The translations under genes were made by a program, and so were the position numbers. DNA of 57,749 nucleotides, from the IMG/VR virus record IMGVR_UViG_3300006879_000004, positions 1-57,749 of that record; one strand, given 5' to 3'. Below the pieces are notes generated by a model. It was not told where the DNA came from. It saw nothing but the letters and a program-made list of their open reading frames with translations, and did not search any database. Source of the DNA: a virus. Taxonomy: Duplodnaviria > Caudoviricetes. The first letter of the stretch is position 1. Every line of letters begins with the position of its first letter. This document shows, in pieces, positions 7,996 through 17,964 of the stretch.

Positions 7996-8628
7996 TTATT
8001 TCTTAAATACAATTTTTCTAATTCCCCAAATTAACAATAAAACTCCTCCAGCTACTCCTATACAAAGTGCTATAATAGCTAAGAAGTTGGCCTCTGATTT
8101 AGTGTCTGTGTCTTTAGTTTCTTCTTCGTACTCTTTACGTACATTTACGGCTTTATCTTTTTCTACTTTGTCTGTTGAGTCTCTTTCCCGTTCTTTAGTT
8201 TTATCTATTGTCCTTGTCGTCTTTGTAGTATTCTCCTCTATCACCTCGGGGGTCTCGTAGATTATTTCAAGTGCTTTTCTTAAAGAATCTAATTTTAATA
8301 TTAGAGATCTTCCCTCGGAATCTTTAATTTTAGCTACACCGTACTCATCGAAATCACCTTCTTTCACAGTAACTGAGGTATTAGTACCTTTTGTAGTTTT
8401 CTTAGTAGTTTCCTCTACTACCTCAGTGTTAACGTCTTTATCAACTTCCTTCTCCTTGACGAGAACTTCTTCTCGTTCTGATTCTACGTACTCTACTTGT
8501 ACGGACTCCTGAACCTCGAACTTAGATACTGACTTGCTTTTATTCTTAAATACTCCGCAAGAAGTAAGGAATAATGTTGCTAGTACAATAGCTAGTAACC
8601 TACCCACGTTTTGTTTACTTAACTCCAT
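7996..8628 (-). CDS. Unimolecular spanin (u-spanin) candidate
   Basis: N-terminal lipoprotein signal (LLAIVLATLFLTS-C) plus a C-terminal TM helix (FLAIIALCIGVAGGVLLLIWGI) and basic tail. Confidence 0.78.
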   Translation of the reverse strand: MELSKQNVGRLLAIVLATLFLTSCGVFKNKSKSVSKFEVQESVQVEYVESEREEVLVKEKEVDKDVNTEVVEETTKKTTKGTNTSVTVKEGDFDEYGVAKIKDSEGRSLILKLDSLRKALEIIYETPEVIEENTTKTTRTIDKTKERERDSTDKVEKDKAVNVRKEYEEETKDTDTKSEANFLAIIALCIGVAGGVLLLIWGIRKIVFKK

Positions 8629-8836
8629 CTCCCCCTCGTTTTAAAATTTGAGTGTAATGGATCAAACTGTCTAAGCTAACATTTAATTCTTCTACAGTAT
8701 TCATTTCAAATAATGTTTTACTGGTCTTAGGTTGCCACTCCGAAGTACTTTTAGAGCTTATGCTAAGTGCAGATGAAGTCATTAATGCGAATAGACATAT
8801 TACCTTCTTACTTAGTGTGTTGTTACATTTGTACAT
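8615..8836 (-). CDS. Small exported/membrane protein in the lysis cluster
   Basis: 73 aa with a hydrophobic N-terminal segment (VICLFALMTSSAL). Confidence 0.55.
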   Translation of the reverse strand: MYKCNNTLSKKVICLFALMTSSALSISSKSTSEWQPKTSKTLFEMNTVEELNVSLDSLIHYTQILKRGGDGVK

Positions 8837-8839
8837 AAT

Positions 8840-9148
8840 TTATTTTACCTCCTTCTCTGGGACCTCTAACGACTCCCGGATTATGGTTACTGTACTGTCT
8901 ACTTTGTTTTTGGTGGGGGTTAGTTGTATCTCAGTCTGTCTCCTAACCTCCTCTATGATTATCTGACTGTAGTCTTTAGTGTTTTCTATTAATTGATTAC
9001 CGAGGTAGAAGTTTAGGGCTACGGAGGCTGTCAGAAGAACGGCTTTGGTGTCGGTTATGACCATCTTAACTATATTTAAGAATCCGTCTATCTTCCTATC
9101 CACCATGTCCTTCTTCCCCTCGGAGTTTGTTAACTTATTTGCATCCAT
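8840..9148 (-). CDS. Putative holin (single TM)
   Basis: One TM (AVLLTASVALNFYL); first gene after a late promoter; adjacent to the spanin. Confidence 0.45.
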   Translation of the reverse strand: MDANKLTNSEGKKDMVDRKIDGFLNIVKMVITDTKAVLLTASVALNFYLGNQLIENTKDYSQIIIEEVRRQTEIQLTPTKNKVDSTVTIIRESLEVPEKEVK

Positions 9149-9177
9149 TACATACTTTCTGGTTAAATGTGATGCTA

Positions 9178-9185
9178 CAAATTTA
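9178..9185 (-). promoter_or_regulatory. Late-type -7 box TAAATTTG
   Basis: Intergenic, upstream of the lysis cluster; same octamer at 17941, 24709, 28388 and 33420. Confidence 0.7.
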
Positions 9186-9201
9186 GTTAAAATATTATGG
9201 A

Positions 9202-9522
9202 CTATTTCTTTGTGCTTTTTCCCCCACTTCCGTTACGTGCTCTATTTCTCTTCTGAGTCTCTAGGGTAGTTTTACCGTTCTTTTTGTGGCTCACATCTTT
9301 CTTATCCCCATTGCCATAAGTACCTCTTTTCCTATTTTCTTTATTAAGTTCTGCCCGGTACTTCTTTCTTTCTGGGGTTGCATGGTATGCCTTATCGTAA
9401 GCCTTCTTCTTGCGAATACTCTCTTTACTCATACCTCTAGCTTTATATGACGGGTGCTTACCAGCATTACTGTTTCTTTTAGATTTACCAGTCTTAGTTC
9501 CCGCTAACTTATTTCTTACCAT
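9202..9522 (-). CDS. Highly basic protein with a degenerate HNH-like motif
   Basis: K/R-rich 106 aa; GNGDKKDVSH...NRARN resembles short phage HNH-like proteins. Confidence 0.55.
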   Translation of the reverse strand: MVRNKLAGTKTGKSKRNSNAGKHPSYKARGMSKESIRKKKAYDKAYHATPERKKYRAELNKENRKRGTYGNGDKKDVSHKKNGKTTLETQKRNRARNGSGGKSTKK

Positions 9523-9535
9523 GTTCTTTATATTT

Positions 9536-9563
9536 AAGAAGGGGGGTTGGTTACTCCCCCTTA
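9536..9563 (-). terminator. Terminator-like hairpin at the end of the 2069-aa gene
   Basis: Minus strand AAGGGGG-agtaaccaac-CCCCCTT followed by CTTAAAT. Confidence 0.5.
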
Positions 9564-12500
9564 TCTGATTTCATAGATTTTATTAATAACTCTCCTTCTC
9601 TCGTACTTTTACTAACTTCTTTGTAGATCTCTCTAGTTATAGTCTCTCTAACGTGAGGGTTCTTTTCGTAAAACTCTTTTATAGTCTTAAACCGAGCTGT
9701 TTTAATAATAGAATCTTCCCTTTCTGACTTTAAAGGTATTGCTCCTAATTGCCCTCTGTAGTACGCTACGTTATTTAAGTACTCGGCTTTCAACTTACCT
9801 AATTCCTCAGGAGTGGGTGTGTAGGTAGCCCCCAATTCAGTGATCTCGCTAAAGTTAGAAACCTCTCTCATGATTTTCTTGAGCTGAGTCTCTGATTTAC
9901 CCTTACCGTACACCTCATTTAATGTTCTTTTCGTAGAAGCTCTAATACCTCTTGAGAATGAGTTGAAAACTTGGTCGGATAGACCCAACATAGATACTGC
10001 TGACAACGTAAGTGCTAAGAACTCTGATTGTTCCGCAAGGAAAGGCTTACCGTATTCTAACAATCCCTCTTCTGTTAAGTCAAAGTCATTTAACACGATG
10101 TCATCCCCTTCTGCTGTTGCAAACCCTCTTCTGGCTTTAATGAAATCTTCTTGAGTTTCTAATACCGCACCTAAGTCTACCCCTACATTGGCCAAAGCCC
10201 CGAGTCCCATCCCAAAGATGCCTGTAAGTCCGGCTACTTGGTCCACAGCCCCAGCAACTCCTCCTCTTGAGAATCCAGCCATAGGTTTCCAATCTACGCT
10301 GTCTAAGTAATCTTTACCTAGAGTTTTCTCGTAAGCAACTCCTGCTAGGAATCCTCCTAATTCTGAACCAGCATCTCCAAACAATATACCCCTAGATAAC
10401 AAGTCGTTAATTAGGTAACCACCTGAGTTTAATAGACTTCTTTGAATAGCGTTATTAGCTTGAATCTGGTATTCTTCACTACCTTCCTTAAGCTTCATAA
10501 TACGCTCTTTTTTGAACTCATCTTCCTCATCATCTTCCATCCAAGCTAGAATAGCATCGTAAGCTACTTTACCGATATAGGCTTGAGCAGTTAATCCCCC
10601 AACACGTATTGCGGTAGATATAGCTTGGAAAAGTCCTGCGTTGGCGTAGTTAGCTACAACTTCTTTAGCGTAATACCTAGCCTTATCCATATCCCCCTGC
10701 TTAGCGTAATACATCATCCTATCTACTGACAGTATTAGTGAATTTACTGTGTTCATAGAGAACGACATCATCGGAGCAATTGACTTTAAGAATGTGCTCT
10801 TAGAGTAATTACCTTGCATAGCTTTATCCGAAGAGTTCATAATAATCTCATTCTGGTTCTCTGCATATGCGTAAGCTACATCGTTAACACTGTCTAAATC
10901 AAGTGGTTGACCACCTTCCGTAGCCTTGTCAATATACATTGACAGCCATCCAATAGTAGCGTAATCTAAATCGGAATTTTGTAGTTCTTTAAGGGATATG
11001 CCTGATAACTTTTCAGTTAACTTTGAAAATCCCTCTACTCCTTTTATTGTACCACTAGCTAATAATCCGTACTCTCGCTCACTCACCCCTCTGGATTCTG
11101 ATCTTAAACCCAAGTGGGTGTCTGTAATATCCCTCAACGCTAATGTTGATTCTTCCACTAAAGTTTTAACTCTCGGGTCTTTGCTTATGATCAATTTCAT
11201 TGCGGTAGTGAAAGACTTCTTGTTTTTAAGCCTAGCGAAAGTCTCTACTAAAGGTGTTGTTTGCTTAAGTCTTTGCGCTCCCATAAGTGACCCCAATGAT
11301 GCTGAAGCACCTACGTTACGGATAGACTGAACTAATTGCATACCTAACCTATGACTTAAAGGAACATCTGCGTTAAGAGTAGGTAGCCTTAAATTAAACT
11401 CGTCGTTCTGTAACTTATCTGCAACTACCACCCGGTAATGCTCCATAGCACCAATGTGACTGTCCGTACCTTGAAGAGCATCCCCTAAACCGTTCTTTCT
11501 AAAGTCTGTGGTTTCGTTAACAATCCATCTATCCAATGTGGTCTCAGTATCGTAGATCATCTGACCAGCATCCTCTAAGAACGTATCTAACATTTGAAAG
11601 TTAAATATCTGTCCTACAGGCAACCTATCACCTAATAGAGTTCTGTCATTTCCAGCACCAGAGGCCTCACCTGTAATCGATCTTCTTCCTCTGCCCGGGG
11701 CTTCTCTAAGGTCTACTGTATTTGAAGCGTTTGAGGCTGTCGCTGATCCTGCTTTATTGTTGTAAGTAGTGTAGCTTAGTGGATAATAGTTTACCCAATC
11801 TTTTTCCAACACTTTATTATCAGACGCTTCACGGATAGAGAAAAAGTCCTCTTTGTTAGCGTCAAACGTTTCTCTAGTAAAGTTGTAGTATTCTTTGTAA
11901 CTAGCAGGTAGTTGATTAAACAATTCTTCACTAGTAACTAAAGGAATAGCTTCTGTTATACGACCTGTCTCTGGGTCCCTTATTACTCTAACTAAGGCGT
12001 TAGGGTTAGTATCTGGAGACGAATCTTCCTGTATAAATCCCTTTAACCTCTCCGCCAAAGGGGCGTTCACCTTTCTGTTGTAAGAAGAGGGGTCGTTTAC
12101 TAATCTATCGTAACTCTCCGCAATTGCCTTCCAACGACCTACGTAATTCTCTTGAATTTGCTCAGGTGTCCAAGACTCTCTGTACTGTGAAGTGATGATG
12201 TGCATTGACATTTTAATTTTGTCATTTACGTCACTCCACTTTCCTTTATGCTTGGTGGCAATTTTTTCAGACCTTTTAGTAATGTCTTTTACTTTATTAA
12301 TTGCTCTCGAGGCCGACCTAGTGTAATCTAAGAAACCTGTAACAGTATTCAATCTACCAGCAGTATCCGAATCCTTAACTAAAGCCTCTATTTTAATACG
12401 ACCTTGTGCTCCAAAAACAGGCATGTTAAGATACGTCCACATAGCTTGACCAACATCTCTAAAAGATGTGGCTAGGAAGTTCGTATTCTTCTGTAGTTTA

Positions 12501-15500
12501 TTAGCGGAATCTAAGGATGCAATTAGGTCTAGTGTACCAACCATACTTCCCTCTACTGCAACGTTATGTAGTACGTAGTTGGCTGTAAGTACTTTTCTGT
12601 CCGATAAATTAGATATGTCTAAATTATTTACCAGCCTATCAAATAAACGTCTATCTGAAGCGGACCGAAGTGTTGATCTTATCTCAGAACGGTTAGCTTT
12701 TATGGTGTTGGCTAATCTTTCCGCATTATTACGTAATACTTCAATCCTAGTAGGAGTTAGTTCTCTGCGTTCTGACTCTAAATCTGCTAAGACTTCTTTA
12801 AAATCCTTATTAGGGTCTACTAAATCATTAATCTCTGTGTCGGTTAACCCCAACTCTTTTAATTGGGCTTTCTTAGCTTCTAAACGTTGTTCTTGGTACT
12901 CTGGTGAAGCTTCTCTTAACTCTGTGTTCAAACTCCTCTCAGCAACTCTCTTATCCCCCCACAATTTAGCCTCATCCACGTAAGTCTGTAGTTGCTCGTT
13001 TGAGACATCCCCAACGTCTGCAAAAGCTACACGTTGCGCATCCTGCATAATTGTTAGGTAATTATCTAATTTAGAGGCTGATAAATCTATTGGATTAATG
13101 TCAGCAAACTCTCTTACAACTTGTCTGCGGTCAGCAGGCATCTGTGAGGAAGCTCGTTTAAGTGAGCGTTGTTGACCAGCTATATTATTTAACTTAGTTC
13201 TAAACTCAGCGTCAGATATGTACTTCTCAACTACATTTAATGCTCTGTTTAGTTGAGCTTCGTTAGTAACACCGGAAACTGCGTTAGCCACTCTGTTAAC
13301 GACAGCTTGTGAAACCTTAGCCCCACGTAACCTACTTCTTTGAGATTGTATATAAGCTGATATAGTTCCTGCTAAGTCTCTTGTGTTCTTAGCCATATCA
13401 CGAGCACCTCTATTAAGGGTTCTCATTTGATTGCCTAATGCCTGACGTGTAGTTAACGATTCTCTTCCCTGTACTCCACCTTGAGTAGCTCGTCTAATGT
13501 TTTGAGCAGTAGTTGTACGCTGTGGAGTTACTGTAGCTTCTGATATAATGCTGTTGACGGACTCTGCATCCGTAAACGCCTTTTGTACATTAGGGTTATT
13601 TACATCAATGCCTAAAGTTTCTGCCAGTGCTTGAGCGGTTTTAATAGTTCCATCCGCTACCTTAAGTATAGCGTACTCGGTTACATCTGCCCAGTACTGA
13701 GCCTCCTGTTGGGGGTCTTGTGCGATACCTAAACCTTGTCCTTGCTCTCTGCGTTGTTGGAACCTTTGCTCCAATTCTTGTATTCTCGATTGCCTGATAT
13801 TTGAATCAGATAGGCTGTTTCTGATTGAATTAACGAACGTCGGTGCGTCTGTTACCCCCTGTATCTGAGATACTGTGTTCACTAATTCCGCCTGTTCAGT
13901 TTCTGTGAACGTCTCAGATTGTTGAACATCTGTTGTCTCTACCAGTCCTTCCGCTGTCTGAGTCTGCTCTTGTACAGCGTCCACTTGAGCGTCTTCCACA
14001 ACATTTTCGCTATCCACTTGAGTACTTTCATCTGCAGTTACTTCTTGATTTTGTTCAATTATTTGATTAATCTCTCCTTCTAACTGAGTCTTACGATCGG
14101 CTAGCGCTTGTCTCGCAGTGTCGCTCATAGGGGGCGCCTCTGAGACACGAACTGGTTCAGCGTTAAGGGTAGAGTCAATTGTCTCAAGTTCTGCGGAAAT
14201 TGCACGTACCCTACTTAGTTGTTCTGTAGATAATTCGCTTACCTGTGCATTAGAAGTTTCAATCTCTGCCTCAATCTCACCCACTTTAGACTCTATACTC
14301 ATTTGAATAGCGTTCTTAGCACTATCATCAATGGCTGGGTTGTCTAAATCTATCATTAACGAGTGGATGTCATTCTCTAAAGTAGATACTTTATTTTTAC
14401 TATTTGGGCTAAGTACTTTAGAAATAGCTTTGTTACCCCCGCTGAGGGTTCCGTCCGCTACAGACCCGATAAGGAAGGCATCTAATATTCCTGCTGTAGG
14501 ATCTAAATCTGAATCTGCTCCAGAGTATATAGCAACTAAGTTCTGAGAAGCTTGTGTAACAGCTTCCTCTAATCCACCCCTAACCATTACTGCTGGTATT
14601 CCGTTCGAAGCAAGAAGTTTATTTACGTAACCGCTAAGCACTCCTGCTACAGCCTGTTGATTAGCCCTGCCCGTAACAATGTCGTCTACTAATCGGAATG
14701 TACCGAAAGCCTGCGAGGGAAGTAATTCAAGCACTCCGTTAAGAGCGGATACCGCCAATTTACCGTTTTCACTCAGGTTTTCGTTATCTTGCAACTCTTG
14801 ATAAGAAGACGACATAAAGGGGATAGAGTTGGCCACTGTTTTTGTAACCTTTCCCGCTTGACTTAAATTAGTCACCCCTCCGGACACCGCCATCTGAAGC
14901 ATGGTGGGAAGTGTCTTAATAACCTCTGACGCTAATTGTTGACCGGCCTCTAAGAAGTTACCGTTAGATAACGCATCCACAACTCCTTCGGATTCAAATC
15001 TAATCTGGTCTTGGTAGTATTCCATTGACATACGAGCACTATCGGCTACGTCGCTGGTAACAGATGCCAAAGCCTCCCCTACTACAGTACCTTCTGTTAA
15101 ATCCTCATAACTTCCTGTTCTAAGTCCTTCCCACCCTGTAATATCTGCTACAAGGTTTTGTGGCATAGAAAAGAAGTTATATAAAAACTCGGGCATGCTG
15201 AAAATTGCCTCGTTGAATATGGCCGGAACTTGAGCAACAGAATTTTTAATCACCTCCCAAGTTGTGGAAGTTGGTTCTCTCTCCTCCCTTTCTTTATGAA
15301 CTGCTGGTGGAGTGATATCTACAGCTTCTAGTCGGTTAACCACATCTCCCATCTCTCCTGTGTCTACATTTACTAGATTAGGGTCGTAGTATGCGTAAAT
15401 ACCTTGCTCAGGGTTAGTAAGATCTACTGCTCCCTCTGGTAAAACGTAACCAACCCCAGTAGATTGCTCTGCTAGGGTAGCTTGGTCTGTGCTAGTACTT

Positions 15501-15760
15501 TGGGAAGTTTGTGAAGGCTCTCCAAATGTTCCCGAGGTATTCTGCGAGCCTTGTCCAGAAACCTCGTTTGACTTTGGGGACGGGAAATACTTATCTGCGA
15601 AAGGTTCAAATTCTAGGTCCGTATTGCCGTTTTCTTTTAACCATTCATAAACTGGTTGTAACTGCTCTCTGTCAGAATACTTATTAACAAAATCTTGTTC
15701 ACTCAAATCTGTCATACCCTCTGACTTGAGGTAGTCGTATATAGGATTTTTATCCGCCAT
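9551..15760 (-). CDS. Giant virion ejection/internal protein
   Basis: 2069 aa, helical, with G/A-rich amphipathic segments; last of three genes after the nozzle, as for podovirus ejection proteins. No DFDxD RNAP motif seen. Confidence 0.7.
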   Translation of the reverse strand: MADKNPIYDYLKSEGMTDLSEQDFVNKYSDREQLQPVYEWLKENGNTDLEFEPFADKYFPSPKSNEVSGQGSQNTSGTFGEPSQTSQSTSTDQATLAEQSTGVGYVLPEGAVDLTNPEQGIYAYYDPNLVNVDTGEMGDVVNRLEAVDITPPAVHKEREEREPTSTTWEVIKNSVAQVPAIFNEAIFSMPEFLYNFFSMPQNLVADITGWEGLRTGSYEDLTEGTVVGEALASVTSDVADSARMSMEYYQDQIRFESEGVVDALSNGNFLEAGQQLASEVIKTLPTMLQMAVSGGVTNLSQAGKVTKTVANSIPFMSSSYQELQDNENLSENGKLAVSALNGVLELLPSQAFGTFRLVDDIVTGRANQQAVAGVLSGYVNKLLASNGIPAVMVRGGLEEAVTQASQNLVAIYSGADSDLDPTAGILDAFLIGSVADGTLSGGNKAISKVLSPNSKNKVSTLENDIHSLMIDLDNPAIDDSAKNAIQMSIESKVGEIEAEIETSNAQVSELSTEQLSRVRAISAELETIDSTLNAEPVRVSEAPPMSDTARQALADRKTQLEGEINQIIEQNQEVTADESTQVDSENVVEDAQVDAVQEQTQTAEGLVETTDVQQSETFTETEQAELVNTVSQIQGVTDAPTFVNSIRNSLSDSNIRQSRIQELEQRFQQRREQGQGLGIAQDPQQEAQYWADVTEYAILKVADGTIKTAQALAETLGIDVNNPNVQKAFTDAESVNSIISEATVTPQRTTTAQNIRRATQGGVQGRESLTTRQALGNQMRTLNRGARDMAKNTRDLAGTISAYIQSQRSRLRGAKVSQAVVNRVANAVSGVTNEAQLNRALNVVEKYISDAEFRTKLNNIAGQQRSLKRASSQMPADRRQVVREFADINPIDLSASKLDNYLTIMQDAQRVAFADVGDVSNEQLQTYVDEAKLWGDKRVAERSLNTELREASPEYQEQRLEAKKAQLKELGLTDTEINDLVDPNKDFKEVLADLESERRELTPTRIEVLRNNAERLANTIKANRSEIRSTLRSASDRRLFDRLVNNLDISNLSDRKVLTANYVLHNVAVEGSMVGTLDLIASLDSANKLQKNTNFLATSFRDVGQAMWTYLNMPVFGAQGRIKIEALVKDSDTAGRLNTVTGFLDYTRSASRAINKVKDITKRSEKIATKHKGKWSDVNDKIKMSMHIITSQYRESWTPEQIQENYVGRWKAIAESYDRLVNDPSSYNRKVNAPLAERLKGFIQEDSSPDTNPNALVRVIRDPETGRITEAIPLVTSEELFNQLPASYKEYYNFTRETFDANKEDFFSIREASDNKVLEKDWVNYYPLSYTTYNNKAGSATASNASNTVDLREAPGRGRRSITGEASGAGNDRTLLGDRLPVGQIFNFQMLDTFLEDAGQMIYDTETTLDRWIVNETTDFRKNGLGDALQGTDSHIGAMEHYRVVVADKLQNDEFNLRLPTLNADVPLSHRLGMQLVQSIRNVGASASLGSLMGAQRLKQTTPLVETFARLKNKKSFTTAMKLIISKDPRVKTLVEESTLALRDITDTHLGLRSESRGVSEREYGLLASGTIKGVEGFSKLTEKLSGISLKELQNSDLDYATIGWLSMYIDKATEGGQPLDLDSVNDVAYAYAENQNEIIMNSSDKAMQGNYSKSTFLKSIAPMMSFSMNTVNSLILSVDRMMYYAKQGDMDKARYYAKEVVANYANAGLFQAISTAIRVGGLTAQAYIGKVAYDAILAWMEDDEEDEFKKERIMKLKEGSEEYQIQANNAIQRSLLNSGGYLINDLLSRGILFGDAGSELGGFLAGVAYEKTLGKDYLDSVDWKPMAGFSRGGVAGAVDQVAGLTGIFGMGLGALANVGVDLGAVLETQEDFIKARRGFATAEGDDIVLNDFDLTEEGLLEYGKPFLAEQSEFLALTLSAVSMLGLSDQVFNSFSRGIRASTKRTLNEVYGKGKSETQLKKIMREVSNFSEITELGATYTPTPEELGKLKAEYLNNVAYYRGQLGAIPLKSEREDSIIKTARFKTIKEFYEKNPHVRETITREIYKEVSKSTREGELLIKSMKSDKGE

Positions 15761-15766
15761 GCTATG

Positions 15767-17098
15767 TTAATTAAATTTTGGTTTGTTTGTTGTAGTTGGT
15801 GTTTGTGATGCTTGTTTTTGTAATCCTCTTAGGTCGTTCTGTCTACGTACTGACTGCCCTATCCACTGTATTTGAGAAGTAGGTACTAATATCTCTTCTC
15901 TAAGCATCTGTTGTGCAATAGGTGATAAACCACTGTACATGTTTTGAACACCTGATTGGGGAACTGTACCTGCTACAAACTCTCGGTAACCAGCAACTTG
16001 TTTTGGATTTCTAGGATTACCTGATTTATCCGTAGGTAAAGGGTCTCCGCTACTGTCTACAGGAAGTCTCATTAATGCCTGCCCTTTCAAAGTAACATCT
16101 CTAAAAGCTATGTTAGATTTCTCACCCTCTTTTGAAAACACATCCCTATTACCTATCAAAGGAATATCTTCGGAATACGTTCTGGACTCTTGAGATGTGA
16201 AGTTACCTAAGCTTATTTGATAGCTGTTGGCATCTACCGCTTCGCTAGGCTTAACTATGGTTATGTTAGTAGTCGATTTGTCTGCACTTCTATCCGTAGT
16301 CGTAATTTCTCTAAAGTTGTCTGCAAACTCCTCCTGCATGTAGTTAATGGCTCCATTGAAGTCTAACCCCTCATTATCCATTAAATCTTGAACGTAAGCC
16401 CCCACTTCTCTATCTCTTCTAGCCAAATTAGATAAGGCTTCAAAAGATTGGGTAGTCCCAACTTCTTTAGTCTGTTGCATGGTATCATACCGCTTACCCC
16501 CAGATGTGGTATAAGTTCCCGTTCGTTGAGATATGGGACTAACTGAAGATAGCATATCTTTTGCTAGCCTCTGTACTCTAGTGGATACCTTATTAGGGTC
16601 GTATGTGTATATGTAAGGAGAGCTGTCTAACATTTCTCTTCCTAGTTCTGTAGAGGGCTTAGTTGTTAAAGCCATTAAATGATCTTTATACTCTTGTGCT
16701 CTCCCCTTACCTACTAAATTCTTAACCCCGTCTAACGCTTTTCCGTAGTTTTTACTAAACTCCTTAGACTGGTTTGCAAATGCCTCTACTTGAGACAGTT
16801 GACTCTGTAATTCCATAGAAAGTTTCCGAGTCTCGTCAGGATCTGTTGATCTGCTAAGGTTGTTATAAGTATCTTTTACTGTAGTCCATAACTTATTAAA
16901 TTGGGGTAAATCCGCATTCCAAAGCCCGTTAGCATTTATCTTAGATAAATCTTTTGTAGCTTGTTGCTGTATTTGATCCCTCTGTTTCCTCTGTTCCTTT
17001 AACCTGTTTTGCTCAAACTGTGCGTTATTTGCAATAGTCTGCATTAAAGGTTGGAAGTTGAAAACTACGTCATCACCCCCTTGATAATTAGTCGCCAT
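15767..17098 (-). CDS. Putative ejection protein
   Basis: 443 aa with a Q-rich coiled-coil N-terminus; between the pilot-like and giant proteins. Confidence 0.6.
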   Translation of the reverse strand: MATNYQGGDDVVFNFQPLMQTIANNAQFEQNRLKEQRKQRDQIQQQATKDLSKINANGLWNADLPQFNKLWTTVKDTYNNLSRSTDPDETRKLSMELQSQLSQVEAFANQSKEFSKNYGKALDGVKNLVGKGRAQEYKDHLMALTTKPSTELGREMLDSSPYIYTYDPNKVSTRVQRLAKDMLSSVSPISQRTGTYTTSGGKRYDTMQQTKEVGTTQSFEALSNLARRDREVGAYVQDLMDNEGLDFNGAINYMQEEFADNFREITTTDRSADKSTTNITIVKPSEAVDANSYQISLGNFTSQESRTYSEDIPLIGNRDVFSKEGEKSNIAFRDVTLKGQALMRLPVDSSGDPLPTDKSGNPRNPKQVAGYREFVAGTVPQSGVQNMYSGLSPIAQQMLREEILVPTSQIQWIGQSVRRQNDLRGLQKQASQTPTTTNKPKFN

Positions 17099-17124
17099 AT
17101 TTAACTGTTAATTACTCTGCTTGT

Positions 17125-17919
17125 TTAAACTATATAATTTCTGTACGGTAAACTTTGCGGTATGCTCATAGGAGAAAGTCCTTGAGGTCCAGTCGGTGTC
17201 ATTTGTTGTGGGGGAAGGGTGATGTTGTTCACGTTATTCCTTCCAAACAAACCTCCCACGTTGTTAAACACTCCTGACAAAGCCCCTTGTCCCAGCATAC
17301 TCAAAGCCCCGTAAGTATTTTGGTAACCAGCTCTCCTCATATTAGCTACGTTTTGAGCATTGAATTGGTATTGATTAAGCTGGTCTTGAAATTGCATTCT
17401 ATCCTCTTGAGCGATAGCTCTGTTAGCACTCATTAAGTTCTGCTGACCCTGTAGTTGGTATTGAGCATCCCTTGCGTTTAGATCGGCAGTGGCTTGGTTG
17501 GTGCCCCTAACCATAGCGTTGACGTTGTAGGGTAGGTTTCCCCTACTCCCCAATTGTCTAAGTCCTGTAACTAGGTTTTGCTGTATCTGATTAAGTTGGT
17601 TATTATATACTTGATCAGGCAAACCCACTCTAGCCTGTTGTCTGGCCATTTCTTGATTTTCCCGCAATTCTGGACTTGGTCGGAATGAAGGTCTAACATT
17701 TTGAGCCTCTAATTCGTTAGCTTGTCTACGTTGCCTAGCTCCCTGCCCTAATCCAAACAAAGCGGAAGCTCCTGTAACAATTGCAGGTAAGAAGTTTAAG
17801 AACGAATAACTAACATCCCCTTTGGATAGATTGCCTGTGTCTACTGTGGACGCAAGTGCAAATATACAAATTATAACTCCAGTTACCAACAAATATTTTA
17901 AAATTTCTTTATTAACCAT
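17125..17919 (-). CDS. Putative ejection/pilot protein
   Basis: Hydrophobic N-terminus, G/A-rich PAIVTGASALFGLGQG, Q/N-rich coiled coil, glycine-rich C-terminal segment. Confidence 0.65.
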   Translation of the reverse strand: MVNKEILKYLLVTGVIICIFALASTVDTGNLSKGDVSYSFLNFLPAIVTGASALFGLGQGARQRRQANELEAQNVRPSFRPSPELRENQEMARQQARVGLPDQVYNNQLNQIQQNLVTGLRQLGSRGNLPYNVNAMVRGTNQATADLNARDAQYQLQGQQNLMSANRAIAQEDRMQFQDQLNQYQFNAQNVANMRRAGYQNTYGALSMLGQGALSGVFNNVGGLFGRNNVNNITLPPQQMTPTGPQGLSPMSIPQSLPYRNYIV

Positions 17920-17940
17920 TTCTTTAATGTTTTAACTCTA

Positions 17941-17948
17941 CAAATTTA
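17941..17948 (-). promoter_or_regulatory. Late-type -7 box TAAATTTG
   Basis: Intergenic, upstream of the ejection gene cluster. Confidence 0.7.
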
Positions 17949-17964
17949 ACTATTATTTCTCTAG

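Noticed and set aside
9551-15760. Virion RNA polymerase (DSDLD resembles DxDxD)
   Set aside because: DSDLD lies in a G/A-rich helical region without the DFDxD context or other recognisable RNAP motifs.
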